DNA of 64,000 nucleotides from an uncultured Verrucomicrobiae bacterium (GCA_963788655.1 CAWBHS010000089.1:43059-107058), one strand, 5' to 3'. Shown: positions 32,629 to 44,627, counted from the first letter of the stretch. A program made the numbers and translations. The notes: generated by a model from the letters alone, not told the origin.

Positions 32629-33258
32629 CTACTCCAAGGCCTTGGCTTTGAGGTTCCGAAACTCGACTTTCATTTTGAGTCCGGGATGAATCTGCAGGCC
32701 GATCGGGCCGGGGCGGGAATATTTGGGATTTTGATATTCGACCACTTGCCGACCATTCAGCCACACGGTGAAGGTATCACCTTTGGCCTGAAGCCGGATC
32801 GTGTTCCAATCGCCGGATTTGAGCAGTTGCGCGCGGTCTTTGGTCCGGCCGGACTCGGGATACATATCCTTGCCGCCGGTATAGAAGCAGCAGGTCATGT
32901 CTTGCTTGAGGCTGCGCGAGACGCCGAATTGCAATTGCAGTTCCGGCTTGCGGACCATGATGCCACTGTCGATCTCGCCGCTCCAACGCACGTCGGCCTC
33001 GACGACCACGTCTTGGTACGATTGCTTCGTGTAAAGCATGCTGCCCTTCAAGTTGGGCGCGTTCTCGCCGATCAAGACGCCGTCCACGACTTTCCAATAC
33101 GGGTTTGGATTGGGCACCTTCCAGCCGGTCAAGTCGCGGCCGTTGAAAATGGAGGGCAGGTCATCGGCCGCGCGAGCCGCGAAGCTGGCGGAAAACGTCA
33201 GGAGAATGGCCGCTGCCCAGGTGGTGAGATGGCCGGTTCGTGAGAGTGATATTTTCAT
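32629..33258 (-). CDS. DUF1080 (3-keto-disaccharide hydrolase family) secreted protein
   Basis: IFNGRDLTGW, DSG, WNTIRL, GPIGLQIH, VEFRNL. Confidence 0.85.
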   Translation of the reverse strand: MKISLSRTGHLTTWAAAILLTFSASFAARAADDLPSIFNGRDLTGWKVPNPNPYWKVVDGVLIGENAPNLKGSMLYTKQSYQDVVVEADVRWSGEIDSGIMVRKPELQLQFGVSRSLKQDMTCCFYTGGKDMYPESGRTKDRAQLLKSGDWNTIRLQAKGDTFTVWLNGRQVVEYQNPKYSRPGPIGLQIHPGLKMKVEFRNLKAKALE

Positions 33259-33366
33259 AGTGGTAGTAATTTCGGTGTCAGTCATTGGTTTAGTTGGACT
33301 GCGCCCAACGGCGATGTCTTCATTTGCCATCAAGTCGATTCGCCGATCTCGATTGCTTGTTCGTAC

Positions 33367-35314
33367 CTACCAAATTCTCACCAGCACCACGCCGTGCCGC
33401 GGCACCGTGGTTTGGAACTGATCGGAGAACTTGCCGAGATCCTGCTGTCGCCAAAGGTCGCGGACGCGATGCGAGCCGGTCAAGCCCAAGTCCGACCAGC
33501 GGGCGGTCGCCTGGGCTTCGCCTTCACCGCGATTGAACAAGCCAACGGCCTTGGAGCCGTCTTCCATGTCCTTGGCCCAAACTTCCAGCCCGCCGGTCTT
33601 AGCGACGCGACCCGCCTGGCGACCGAGTGGATCCTGATTTACCTCCAGCACTTCGTCGTTGGTGAGCAGGCTCAGCGTGAACTCGTCCAGTTGCGACATG
33701 TCGCAGCCGATGAGCAACGGCGACGTGAGCAGGCACCAGAGGCTGATGTGGGTGTATTGCTCGTTGGGCGTGAGCCGCGTGGGACGCAATCGCCCCCAGC
33801 CCAACCGCCCCACGACCAGCATGTCCGGATCATTCCAATGGCCCGGCCCGGCGTATTGCTCGTGGCCGGCCTGACCGAAGCCGATGCCCGACATGCTGCC
33901 CCAGGTGTCGGTGATGTCGCCGGTGGTGCGCCAGCAATTGCCGCCGACCTGGGCGCCCCATTCCCACACGTTGCCCATGCCGTATTGGCAGAGGCTGAAG
34001 ACAATGTCGCGGTCCACCTGGTCGAGCGCGGCGCGCATCACCTGGTAGGGCTTCATCAAGCGCGGCCGCTCGGGAAGCGATTTGTCCTGCACCTGGCTGT
34101 AGGAACACCAGTCGTATTTCAAGTAATCAAAGCCCCACTCGGCGTAGCGTTGGGCGTCGAGATCTTCATGTTTCCAACTGCCCTCGAAACCAGCGCAGGT
34201 CTTCGGACCCGGCGAGGAATAGAGCCCGATCTTCAGCCCCTTGGCATGGACGTAGTCGGCCAGCGCCTTCATGTCCGGGAATTTCTCGTTGGAAAGTATT
34301 TTGCCGTCCGGCGCGCGGCCATCTTCCCAACAATCGTCAATGTTGATGTAAGTCCAGCCGTGATTGATCAAGCCGCTGGTCACCATCGCGTCGGCGGCGG
34401 CCCGCACTTTGGCGTCGTCCACCGCGCCGGCAAAGCAGTTCCAACTGTTCCAGCCCATCGGCGGGGTGAGCGCGATTTGGTCGCCGCACACGATCCGCAG
34501 CTTGCGTTCGGCCGAACCGAGTTGGTTGCGAGCGCGCAGGGTCACGAGGTGTTCGCCTTTGGTGGTCAGAACGCCCGTGATGTGGCCGGTGGCGGGATCG
34601 AGTTGCAGACCGGCCGGCAGACCTTCCGCCGCGAAGGACATGGGCCGGTTGCCGGTGGCCGCGATGGTGAAAAGAAACGGATGGTTCGGCCGAACGCCGA
34701 ACACTTTCGCGCCGTTGATGCGCGGCGTAGCCGGGGCGGGAGGCGTGAGTATCACCGCCTCTTCGCGCGGCGCATCGACGGTTACCGGTGGTGCGCCGCG
34801 GTAGTCGAATTTGGCCTCCACCCAATCGGCGTGGTCGAAGTTGATGCCGTTGCCCGCGTCGCCAACCAGCAACACAAGCGTTTTGACTCCCTGGAGATTT
34901 ACTTCAACTTGTTGGGCGGGTTGACCGGCTTTCATCACTCCGCTTTTCCACAGGGTCTTGCCGTCGCCGACCACGGAGAACTCGACGCTGGATTCCGGGT
35001 TCTTCGCTTCGTCGTCCACGCCCACGCGTGCGGAGAATCGTTCCGCGTCGCCTTTGAGATCGAGGTAGAGAGCACTCTCCGCGTGCGTGCCCAGGCCGCG
35101 TTCAAATGGCTGGCCGGCGATGGTCAAGGGGTGATTATCCACCGAACGGTTTTTGTGGGGATCGCCCCAGCCTTGCGAGGTTTTACCGACCTCGAGCTGA
35201 TCCAGCCAGACGCTGGCCGCGTGGAGACGCGGTTGGCCAGCAACGGCAAGGGAGATGAGCAGCGGCAGCAGCCACTGACGCGGGAACGAATTGGATGATA
35301 CGATTGCTTTTCAT
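33367..35314 (-). CDS. GH27 alpha-galactosidase with NPCBM and Ig domains (frameshift in signal region)
   Basis: RGLGTHA...DHADW (NPCBM), TPPMGWNSWN, INIDDCW, DYLKYDWC, WRTTGDI, WNDPDML. Confidence 0.9.
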
Positions 35315-35484
35315 ACAGTTAACGGAACAAGGCTGAAACGAATGCCTGCATTCAGCAAGAAGGAATTGTTGGGAGGGTGGTTGGCATTGTTCGAAAAAAG
35401 CCGGTCTTGCGCGTGAAGAAACTGCGTTATCAATACGATCGACCGGCCCCGTTGCAGTTGCACTTTGGAACGAGGTGCAATCCT

Positions 35485-35629
35485 TCGCGCCAGCGTTTGG
35501 AGTGCGTCCGGCTTGCCGGCGCTTTTGCACGAAGATGGGCTATCAGTCCCTCAAGCGGGCGGGATTGATCTTGATCGCCCCACGTCAGGCGAAAGCGGGA
35601 GCAAGCTCCGCGCACCAAACGCTGCGCGA
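35485..35629. repeat. GGAG-type REPIN-like element
   Basis: tcgcgccagcgtttggagtgcgtccggcttgccggcgcttt ... aaagcgggagcaagctccgcgcaccaaacgctgcgcga. Confidence 0.7.
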
Positions 35630-35643
35630 TGTTCGGAGACCCC

Positions 35644-35760
35644 TTGGGACAGCCGTCTCGGCTGTCTCGAATGATCGGCAACCTGCCGCCAGTCAGCGAA
35701 CGTTCAGCAAAGTATTGGAAGGCCTTGGGTCATTCGGGACCGGCGGGACGCCGGTCCTAC
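35644..35760. repeat. GTAG REPIN, family of 53148; right arm overlaps the adjacent stop codon
   Basis: gggacagccgtctcggctgtctcgaatga ... tcattcgggaccggcgggacgccggtcctac. Confidence 0.7.
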
Positions 35761-38700
35761 GGGGTTGGGAGCACGCGCACTCGGTAGAAACGTGCATCCG
35801 CAGTGGGCGCGGGATCGGTGAGCGTGGTAACGCCACCGCTGGCAGCGTTGGTCACTACGGAGGTCCAACTTGTTGGAGGAATTCCATCGGCGTAATCCAG
35901 AGCGTATGGGACGCCGTTGGTGCTCAGGAAAGAAAGGCCAAAAGCATTCGGGGAGTGGGAAATCACCATGAGGGCGGCCACCAGGTTGGTGGTTGCTCCC
36001 ACACTGTTCGACACCACCACCGAGTAGGCGCCGACATTGGTCGTTTGCACATTGGGGAGGAGCAACTCGCTACCGGTGGCGTCCGGGATGTCTGCGTTCC
36101 CGAACCGCCATTGCACGTCGGGCGTTGGGTAACCCACGACTTCCACATCCAAGCGAGCATCGCGCCCGGCGACGGATACCAGGTTCAGCGGTTGGTTCGT
36201 GATGCCCGGGCTGAACCGGACACTGAGAGTGGCGGCGGTGCTGTTCGTTGCTCCCGATTCATCGGTGAGCGTGACGCGATAAAGTCCGGCAGCTTCCGGC
36301 TGAGCGTTCGTCACTGAATACGTGCTGTTGGTGGCTCCGGCAATGGCCATGCCGTCGGTGCTCCATTGATAGGTCAACGGCGCGGGACTGCTAACGGTCA
36401 GGTTGAACGTGGCGGTATCGCCTTGATCGACTTCCACGTTGCTCAACGGCGTAAAAACGCTTAGCACCGCCGGATCGCTGGTTTCGCGCTCCCCGAGATC
36501 ATTCCAGGTAACGACCTCGTATTCGCCAGCGTCCGTTAATTTGAGATTGTTAATGCTTAGCGAGCTGAGGTTGGCACCGGGCAGATTGGCGCCGTTGTGC
36601 ATCCACTGGTAACTCAGAATTCCGGTGGCTTTGACGCCGACGGAGAATACGGCCCGGCCGGCGCGCGCGAGGATCTGGCTTGGCGGCTGATCGGTGATGC
36701 GCAGCGGCGAGTTCACGGTCAGGCTGGCCGACAAACTGGTATCCGAACCGTAAGCATTGGACACTTCCACGCGGTAGGCTCCCTCGTTGGTTTCATACGC
36801 GACCGGAATCAAGTAGGTGTCGCCGGTGGCTCCGGAAATGAGATTGCCTTTGAAGAACCACTGGTATGTAAAGGGCGTGTCGCCGGTGGCAGTGACCGAG
36901 AACATAACCGGTTCGCCTTCGAACACGAGTTGGCTGAGCGGATCCTGGGTGATGGTCGGCGGCAGGTGGACGGTCAATTGCACACTGGCACTGTCCACCG
37001 AACCGGCGGCGTTGGATACGGTGACGCGATAGCTGCCCGCGTTGGTCGTTTGCGCATTGGCAATGACCAGCGTATTGCCGGTGGCGCCCGCCATGGCGGT
37101 ACCGCCGAAATACCACTGGAATCCGGGGTCGGGTGATCCGGTGGCTTCGATCTGGAACGTTGCGGTTTCACCCTGGATGACTGAAAGGTTGGTCGGCGGC
37201 ACGGTGATCACGGGCGCTTCGAGGATGATCAAGCTCACCGGCGCGCTGGTCACCGCTCCCAGGCTGTTGGTGATCACGACGGTGTACATTCCGGCGTTGA
37301 TCTTCTGCGCGTTGATGAGGGTGAGGGAAGTGTTGGTTTGCTCAGGCACGATCAAGCCCTCGAAGTACCATTGATAACGGAGCGGAGCATCACCGGCCGC
37401 GGCGACAACGAACTCCGCCGTCGCGCCAGGATAGACCATGCGGTTGGTCGGTTGCACAGTAATCACCGGTGGTTGCGGGACCGTCACGGTCAAGGTGGCT
37501 TCCTGGCTGGTGGCTCGCTCGCTGTCACTGCTGGAAATGACCACCCGATAGCCGCCGGCGTCGCTCGCGCTTACCTCGACCAGGGTCAAATTACTGGAGG
37601 TGGCTCCCGGCAAAGTCACTCCATTGCGTTGCCATTCATACGTCAGGTTGGCGGAACTCTCAACCACCACACTAAACACCACCGTGCTGCCCTGGGTGAC
37701 GGACTGGCTGACCGGGTTGGTCAAAATCTTGAGGGGCACTTGAACGGTCAACGTGGCCACTTCACTGGTCGCAGCGCCGAACTGGTTGCCCACGACCACT
37801 TGGTATTCGCCCTCTTGGGCGAGTTGCACGTTGCTGCGCGTAAGACTGTTGGTGGTGGTTCCGGTTTGCTCGTTCGTCACCGTCTGAACGATATTGGTCG
37901 CTTGGAAATACCAACGGTAGGTCACCGGAACATCGCTTTCCGCAGTCACATAAAACGTGGCGTTACTGCTCCGGAGCACAGTCTGGTTGGTGGCGTCCAG
38001 TGTGATAACCGGGGGCAACGCACTTGCGCCGTATTCGAAGGCGCCGATGTCGCACCGCCCTCCGAACGGATACGGTCGGGTCACGCCGCGTTGATCGGTC
38101 GGCAGACAAAAGTTGGGATCGCCACTGTCGATGGCCGGACTGCCATCCTGCGGTTCCATGGTTTCCGTAGGTCCGCCGTAATCATCCAAAGTGTAAAGCA
38201 GGGGGTCAATGCTGTAGCTGCTGCCCGGACCCGTAAAGGGCGGGGTGATATCGGAATTGATATTATAACCGGCGTCGGTTACCGGCCCATAGAAATTTCC
38301 GCTGCTGACCCAGTAGGCAACGATCGTGTTTTTCAGGATCACGGCACTGCCCGCATTGCCGATGTTGTCGCCGCGCCAAGCGCCGTAGGCACCGTTTTGC
38401 CCCGGAAGAGATCCCCCGCCGCCGGCCAAACCGTTGGTGCCGGGAATGGTATTGCCGGAGGAAAAAGTGCAATTAGTGATCAGCGCCTGGCCTTGATTGT
38501 AGTAGTTGCCGCCCCAGGCACTACCACCGTTGCCGCCGTTGCCACCTTGTTGCGATCCGTAACCGCCGTTGCCGCCATTGCCTCCCGCTACGCTGTTCGT
38601 GTAAAAGGTGCAATTCAGCACGCGGTTCAGGCCATAGTTGGCAATCCCGCCCCCAAACGCATCCGCGCCGGCCGGACCGGCGCCGCCGGTGCCAGCCACG

Positions 38701-39635
38701 CCGCCACCATCACCCGAGTCGCCGCTTTGGACGTGGTTGTCGGTAAGCGTGGAGGCGGTGACCTCGCATTCACCCAGGCTGTAAATCGCTGCCCCGGCAC
38801 CGACAGCTCCAGCGCCTCCCTGGCCGAGGAAACTGGGGTTGCTGCCCACGCCGTTCGTGCCACCCGCACCACCCGCGCCCCCGACCGCACGATTCAGTTT
38901 AAAAGTAGATTCGGTGACGGACAGCTTGCTCTGGTTATAGATGACGCCGCCCTTCCCGATTGCCCCGCTGCCGCCGGCGCCGCCATTGCCGCCGAAAACA
39001 CTGCCATCCCCACCGTTGCCTCCTCCGCCGCCCGCACCGCCGGTCGCACTGTTGCCGACAAAGAGGCATCGGGCCGCAGTCGTCGTCGCGGCATTGAACA
39101 GAACGCCGCCCGACGCAGGCGCCCCGCCTCCTCCTGAGCCGCCCGGTTTGCCCTGCAATTCGCCGTCGGTGCCGTCGATTCCCGCGGTACCATCCGCGCC
39201 CAGGGCGATATTGTTGGTCAATACGCAATCCTCCAGCCCGAGCAGCCCTTGGTTGTAAATGGCGCCGCCCGCGGTGCTGCGGCCATCGGCCAACGTCAGA
39301 TCTTGAAGGGTGAACTGAATTCCCGGATTGACGGTGAAGAGACGGACGCCATTGGTCGATTCCGGGTCGTTGTCATAACCACCGCTGAGGATTACCTCGT
39401 AGCCAGCCCCGTTCAGAACCGTGTTGGTGCGGACTGTGATGGTTTGCGAAAGCGTGATGGTGCCGCTGTTGGTGAACGTGACCGTGCCGCCATTGGTCAT
39501 CGCATTGAGGAGCGCGGTTTGGGTCATGTTGGTCACGACGCCATCGGCGTATGCGGGGCAGGACAATTCAATCCAAGCCGGAAATACTCCAGCAATAAGA
39601 CACACACGGGCCAGTTGTTGTAGTCGCACCTTCAT
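35757..39635 (-). CDS. Secreted Gly-rich beta-helix / choice-of-anchor Q protein with about 8 Ig repeats and C-terminal RFYR domain
   Basis: Signal peptide; GGAIYN repeats; SPAIDSG...DQRG...CDIGAFE; PxIT..P/YQW repeats; ends DARFYRVRVLPTP. Confidence 0.85.
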   Translation of the reverse strand: MKVRLQQLARVCLIAGVFPAWIELSCPAYADGVVTNMTQTALLNAMTNGGTVTFTNSGTITLSQTITVRTNTVLNGAGYEVILSGGYDNDPESTNGVRLFTVNPGIQFTLQDLTLADGRSTAGGAIYNQGLLGLEDCVLTNNIALGADGTAGIDGTDGELQGKPGGSGGGGAPASGGVLFNAATTTAARCLFVGNSATGGAGGGGGNGGDGSVFGGNGGAGGSGAIGKGGVIYNQSKLSVTESTFKLNRAVGGAGGAGGTNGVGSNPSFLGQGGAGAVGAGAAIYSLGECEVTASTLTDNHVQSGDSGDGGGVAGTGGAGPAGADAFGGGIANYGLNRVLNCTFYTNSVAGGNGGNGGYGSQQGGNGGNGGSAWGGNYYNQGQALITNCTFSSGNTIPGTNGLAGGGGSLPGQNGAYGAWRGDNIGNAGSAVILKNTIVAYWVSSGNFYGPVTDAGYNINSDITPPFTGPGSSYSIDPLLYTLDDYGGPTETMEPQDGSPAIDSGDPNFCLPTDQRGVTRPYPFGGRCDIGAFEYGASALPPVITLDATNQTVLRSSNATFYVTAESDVPVTYRWYFQATNIVQTVTNEQTGTTTNSLTRSNVQLAQEGEYQVVVGNQFGAATSEVATLTVQVPLKILTNPVSQSVTQGSTVVFSVVVESSANLTYEWQRNGVTLPGATSSNLTLVEVSASDAGGYRVVISSSDSERATSQEATLTVTVPQPPVITVQPTNRMVYPGATAEFVVAAAGDAPLRYQWYFEGLIVPEQTNTSLTLINAQKINAGMYTVVITNSLGAVTSAPVSLIILEAPVITVPPTNLSVIQGETATFQIEATGSPDPGFQWYFGGTAMAGATGNTLVIANAQTTNAGSYRVTVSNAAGSVDSASVQLTVHLPPTITQDPLSQLVFEGEPVMFSVTATGDTPFTYQWFFKGNLISGATGDTYLIPVAYETNEGAYRVEVSNAYGSDTSLSASLTVNSPLRITDQPPSQILARAGRAVFSVGVKATGILSYQWMHNGANLPGANLSSLSINNLKLTDAGEYEVVTWNDLGERETSDPAVLSVFTPLSNVEVDQGDTATFNLTVSSPAPLTYQWSTDGMAIAGATNSTYSVTNAQPEAAGLYRVTLTDESGATNSTAATLSVRFSPGITNQPLNLVSVAGRDARLDVEVVGYPTPDVQWRFGNADIPDATGSELLLPNVQTTNVGAYSVVVSNSVGATTNLVAALMVISHSPNAFGLSFLSTNGVPYALDYADGIPPTSWTSVVTNAASGGVTTLTDPAPTADARFYRVRVLPTP

Positions 39636-39667
39636 GATTGTCCAAGTCTGGCCGAGCTGGCACCAGC

Positions 39668-42279
39668 TCAGAAGCCTTCGCGTTTGTATAATTCCTTCGC
39701 CGACTTCTGTTGGTTCTTCCGCGCATCGTCGGTAAAGTCGCGCTCCGCTTTGCTGATGCCCGGCAATTTGGCTTTTTCTTCCATGGCCACCAAGGCGGCG
39801 TCCTCCGGGGTGTTCAGCACTTTGGGCCGGATGAGAATCATCAACTCGACCCGGTTGCCGGACTTGGTGGTGCTGCGGAAGAGCGAGCCCAGCAGCGGGA
39901 TGTCCTTGAGGAACGGCACGCCGGAATTCGAGCTGCGCTTTTCGGTGCGCATGAAGCCGCCCAGAATCACTGTCTCGCCGTCGCGCACCGACACCTTGGC
40001 ATTGGCCGATCGCTCGACGGTCGTGGGCACGTCATTGCCGTCGATCTTGACCGGCTCACCGACATTATCGACGCGCTGGTCGATGTCCATGACCACCAGG
40101 CCGTCCGGGTTGATCAACGGTAGCACGTTCAGCTCGATGCCGATGCGCAATTGGGCGATCTGCGATTGGGATGCCGCCGTAGCCGCCGTAGCCGGCCGGT
40201 GACATAAGGCCGCGTCTCACCGACGAAGATGCGGCACGGCACGGCGTGCGAGGTTTGCACCCGCGGGCGGGACAGAACCTTGACATCGCCCACGCTGGCA
40301 ATCGCCTGAATGGCCAGGTCGAGGTCGTTGCGGTACGCCGCGAAGTAGGAAAATCCGCTCTGCAAACCGGGGATCGAGGGCACCCCGTTGCTGCTTGAGC
40401 CGGTCCGGCCCAGCCAGGACCAGGGCTCGGCCGCGTTTTGTCCGCTGTTGTAGCCGCCGACGCCCGCCCACTTGCCGGCGACTTCCGGCCGCTGCAAGGC
40501 GCTCACGCCGAAACTGAAGGTGTCGTTGAGGGAGACTTCCAGGACCACCGCTTCGATGAGCACCTGGGCGAGCACCACGTCGAGCTTGGAGACAATTTCC
40601 TGGATCATTTCGATGTCCTCCTCCGAGGCGAAAATCAACAGCGAATTGGTGCGTTCGTCGGCAATGATTTTCGTTTTGCCCAGCACCACAATATCCTCGT
40701 CGGTGGCCTTGTTGACGATTTGCTGGAGACGCTGCTGGAAGGAGGCTTTCGGGGTGACCACATCCAGTGAGGCATTGTCGGCACCGGACAACGGGACAAC
40801 GGCTTCCGAACGAGGATAAACCCCTCCGCTATACCCGCCCCCATAGCTGCTGCCGTAACGGCTGCTCGAGCCGCCGTAAGAGGAACCGTAGCCGCTGCCG
40901 CCGGCGCTGTAGCCGGGCAGTCCGCCGCCCCCGCCCCCGCCCGGCGTGCTGAACCGTTGCGAGCTGACGCTTTGACCGCCAACGGAAGTCACGGCGCCGC
41001 CGCCCTCCGTGAGGCTGCTCAACACTTGGGCGATGTCCGCGGCCAAGGCGTATTTGATGGGGATAACCACCGGTCTAACGTCGCGCGGGATGTACACGTC
41101 AATTTCCCGGATCAGTTCCACCATGCGTTTGATGTTGATGGCGTAGTCGCGCAGGACCAACGTTTGCGTGCTCTTGATCGCCATGATGCTGTCGGGCGCC
41201 TTGGACGCAAAGGGCTTGAGGGCATCGACAATGTCGCCAGGATCCGTGTATTTCAATTTGGCGACGTAGCAGATGTATTGCTTGCCTTCCGGCAAATCCT
41301 CCGGATCGGCGTCGTAGAAGGTCATACCGGCCTGGGGAGCTTCGGCGGTGGGCAGCGCCTGCACAAACTTGTCGCCCATGGGCACCATGGTAACCCCATT
41401 CAGGGCCAGGATACTATCCAAAGCCTGGATGGCTTCTTTGCGGGTCAAGTCGGTTTGCGTATATAGGGTGATGGGCTGCTGCGGTAACGAGGACGGCCGC
41501 AGAATGGTCCGTCCGGTCAGATCCTGATACACGACGAGCACCTGGCTCAAGTCAAGTTCTTCAAACTTGATCTGGCCGGCGGGAATGATCTGGTTCTCGG
41601 CCGCTTCCCCTTCGGCTCCGCCCTCGTCCGGTTTGGCGGTCGCTGTTGCCGACGGCAGATTGGTCCGCAAGGACGGAGGAAGTCCGGCGGGCACGCCGGG
41701 CGGCCGGGCACCGGGTACTGGCGGAATAGCGGCGGTGGCTCCCGGAGCGGGGGGCACCGGGATGGCCGTGGGTCCGGGTCGTCGTACCGGCGGGTTGCGC
41801 ACGGGATTGGGCGCCGCCGGATTGGTGGTGGGCGTCGGCAGACCCGGCCGGGCGGAAGGGGTGGGTAATTTCGGAGCCACCGCAGGCGGGATCGTCGGTG
41901 GGGCGGCGCTGGCGGTCGGCGCGTTGCTGGTGCGCAATGGCACCGGAGCCATGGCGGCGCGCGGTTCGACTCGGAGGAAACGATCCGGCAGCGAGGAATG
42001 ATTCGTGGCCAAACCCGCCTCGACGATGATGGTGCCCAAGGGATCCGGCACCGTGGTGACCGTGGTCTCCGGTTGGGTGATTCCGGCAAGGTCCGGCTGG
42101 GGCAGTCCATCCATGCGGGCGTACGCCCGGTCCATTGCTTGGCGAATTCTCGCCTGCTGGTTCGGCAGCGCTTCGGCGGGGGAAGCCGTGGGACTCGGTT
42201 GCGGCGCTTGCGCCCAGACCGCCCAGGCGCAGCCAATGGTCAATACGATTTGGAGAACAGTTTTCACGGCAAGATTCAA
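39668..42279 (-). CDS. gspD: Type II secretion secretin with Pro-rich N-terminus (frameshift ~40200)
   Basis: IIADERTNSLLI, QVLIEAVVLEV, VLSRPRV, DGETVILGG, GVPFLKDIPLLGSLF, ELMILIRP. Confidence 0.88.
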
Positions 42280-42407
42280 TTTGATGATTGGGTGGGTACG
42301 TTGAGCAAACGAGGGAGCGCCCGCGGCGGTCGTCCGGCGACTACCGTATCCAAGCGGACGCAGCGGTCGGTGGACAGGTTCGCGATGGGGGACTCAATAT
42401 TCACGGT

Positions 42408-43244
42408 TCACTTTCGGGAGGCGCCGGAAGCCGGTGACGGAGGCGATCCTGAGCGGACGGGCACGGAATTCATACGTGGCGGCAGGGTGGGGGGCTTGGA
42501 AGGGGTGGGTTGTTTGGGAGCAACGACCGGTTTGGCGGGCGTCGAGCGTTTGGCAGGGACGGGGGAAGTGGGCCGTGATCGAGCCGGAGCGGGGCGAGCC
42601 GGGGCGCTGGCCGGGCGCGATGAGTTGGATGGCGCCGGCGGAGCCGCTTTTTTGACTGGAGCGGGAGGAGAGCCGATTCCCGCGCCGCGCGGAGCTTCTT
42701 TCTGGTAACTGGCGACCAGCGTGATGTTCCCTTGCAGCTTGTAACGTCGGGCATCGGGTTGGAGGGACATGCTAAGCACGCGGATCAAGGAACTCTTTTC
42801 GGCCAGGTTGTTGAGGAAACAGACCAGCTCTTTCTCGCCGGCATTGACCCGGATATTGAGCACTTCTTCGTCAAAGAAAGCATTGGTTTTGGCGGAGGAC
42901 TGGGTGCGGGGCTTATCGTAGCTTTGGACCGGCACCCCACACAGGAGGGCCTGTGAGGAAACGTCCCGTTGCAACTGTAACGCTCGCCCCGCCTCGGCCA
43001 CTTCGGCCCCCAGTTTGCCCAGCGTCTCTCGCTTCTTGGCATATTCCGGCTCCTGGGCAATTGCCATCTGGAACGTCTGCAAAGTTCCGCCGGCGTCCTT
43101 CAGTTGTTGTTGCACGCGGCCCAGATCGCCGAAGTGCGGAAATACCAGCAGCAGGTTCAGGAAGACGAAAACCACCCCGCCGGCGATCACCACCAACCGG
43201 CGTTCGCCCGGGCGCAAATTCAGTTTGTCAAACAAGCTCGTCAT
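42408..43244 (-). CDS. GspM/PilO-like inner membrane platform protein
   Basis: LRPGERRLV followed by one TM helix and a coiled coil; ATGA overlap with upstream gene; Pro-rich tail. Confidence 0.65.
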   Translation of the reverse strand: MTSLFDKLNLRPGERRLVVIAGGVVFVFLNLLLVFPHFGDLGRVQQQLKDAGGTLQTFQMAIAQEPEYAKKRETLGKLGAEVAEAGRALQLQRDVSSQALLCGVPVQSYDKPRTQSSAKTNAFFDEEVLNIRVNAGEKELVCFLNNLAEKSSLIRVLSMSLQPDARRYKLQGNITLVASYQKEAPRGAGIGSPPAPVKKAAPPAPSNSSRPASAPARPAPARSRPTSPVPAKRSTPAKPVVAPKQPTPSKPPTLPPRMNSVPVRSGSPPSPASGASRK

Positions 43245-44626
43245 CGAGATACGGTGTTCTTCAAGACGCAAGTGAACTGCCACCGTTTGCGATTGCCCGG
43301 GTAATCGCGCATGGTGGGCGCCTCCACCTCGGCGAACAGGGGTTCCCCTTTACCAGCGTCCAGTTTGCTCTCGGTTTCCACGTTGCGTAATGTTTCATTG
43401 AAATCCATGACTTTACTGACATCAGCGTCACCCGCGCTGCCGGTGATGACCAGTTTTTGGCCGCGGTCGAAATTCAGCGAATCCAAGGTCAATTCCGTGG
43501 GCAGATTCAGCGCCACGGCTTTCCAGCTCTCCAGGGCCGCAAATTGGAGTTCCACCTGGTCCTGCAATACCCGCACGGTTTCCTTGACCCGCTGGGCATT
43601 GGTGTAGGAACCGCTAAGCTGGGCGACCTGTTCGCGCACGCCTTCGAGGCGCCAACGCGTCGCCTCCACCCAGCCGAAATAAATCCCGAGGCCCAACAAA
43701 TACAACGCCAGCAACGCGCCCAGGCTGCGCATCCATATCCGATCGACGAACTGCTGCTTGTAACGGGTGGTGTATTCGGGCGGCAGCAGATTGGTGTGGG
43801 CGTCATTGCGCGTTACCCGGCGCGCCGTGCGGGCAGCCAAATCCACCGCTGGTCCCGGTGGCACCACGGCGGCCGTTTCGGCTTGGATGAATTCCAACAG
43901 CCACGGCTCGGTCGCGGCGGGATCGGTCATTATATGAAGCCGCGGCGGCTCGTTGAGCCAGCCTTCCAATTCGCCGGCCCAGGCGGTTTGGGACAGGTTT
44001 TCCCGCAACAAAGCACCCCGCACCTCGGGATCGGGAAAGTACACCAGCGAGATGTGGCGCAGGACGTTGCCGTACCACCAAGCGATCAGGAAATGGTCCT
44101 TGGCGAGACCCAAGCCCGGATAGATCCAAACGCCGTCCTCGGTGATTTCCGTGGCGCGGACCTGGTCGAGCAGCGGCAGTTCCAAGCGGTCGGGGTGGTA
44201 GCCCTGGGTTTCGATCTTGCCCAGAAAATCGTCCACCATGCTCCGGGGAACCACGATGACGACCACCGTCTGCATTTCGTCGGTGGCTTGGGGCAGGACC
44301 TCGAAACACCACTCGATTTGCGCCACGGGCAGCGGGGAGATTTTCTCGAGCTGCAACTCGACCATGGCGCGCGTTTCGGCCAAGTCGCTCGGGGGCAGTT
44401 GTATCGCCCGCAGGAACACATGGTCGGCGGGCAGCCAGGCGACATTGAGTTTGGGTTGAAAGAGGGTTTGCCAGTCCTTGGCGACAATTTTAGCCGGCAA
44501 GGGTTCGCTGGGCAGTTTGGATTCGCTGCGCAGCAGGTTGAATTTGCTGCTGGCCGCCGAGAACTGCCAGACGTTCCGGCCCTCCTTGCCCACTTGCAGC
44601 ACGTTACACGATTGCCATCGAGCCAT
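43241..44626 (-). CDS. GspL/PilM-N-like protein
   Basis: NLLPPEY followed by a TM helix and PilN-like LPTELTL; position between gspE and gspM. Confidence 0.65.
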   Translation of the reverse strand: MARWQSCNVLQVGKEGRNVWQFSAASSKFNLLRSESKLPSEPLPAKIVAKDWQTLFQPKLNVAWLPADHVFLRAIQLPPSDLAETRAMVELQLEKISPLPVAQIEWCFEVLPQATDEMQTVVVIVVPRSMVDDFLGKIETQGYHPDRLELPLLDQVRATEITEDGVWIYPGLGLAKDHFLIAWWYGNVLRHISLVYFPDPEVRGALLRENLSQTAWAGELEGWLNEPPRLHIMTDPAATEPWLLEFIQAETAAVVPPGPAVDLAARTARRVTRNDAHTNLLPPEYTTRYKQQFVDRIWMRSLGALLALYLLGLGIYFGWVEATRWRLEGVREQVAQLSGSYTNAQRVKETVRVLQDQVELQFAALESWKAVALNLPTELTLDSLNFDRGQKLVITGSAGDADVSKVMDFNETLRNVETESKLDAGKGEPLFAEVEAPTMRDYPGNRKRWQFTCVLKNTVSR

Positions 44627-44627
44627 C

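Noticed and set aside
33394..35298. Long antisense ORFs (634 aa here; also 726..2117, 15564..16814, 37338..39137, 55504..57108)
   Set aside because: Shadows of GC-rich genes on the opposite strand, with no motifs.
38400..39260. Gly-rich region as PE-PGRS or collagen
   Set aside because: No PE domain or Gly-X-Y triplets; it fits GGAIYN beta-helix repeats preceding choice-of-anchor Q.
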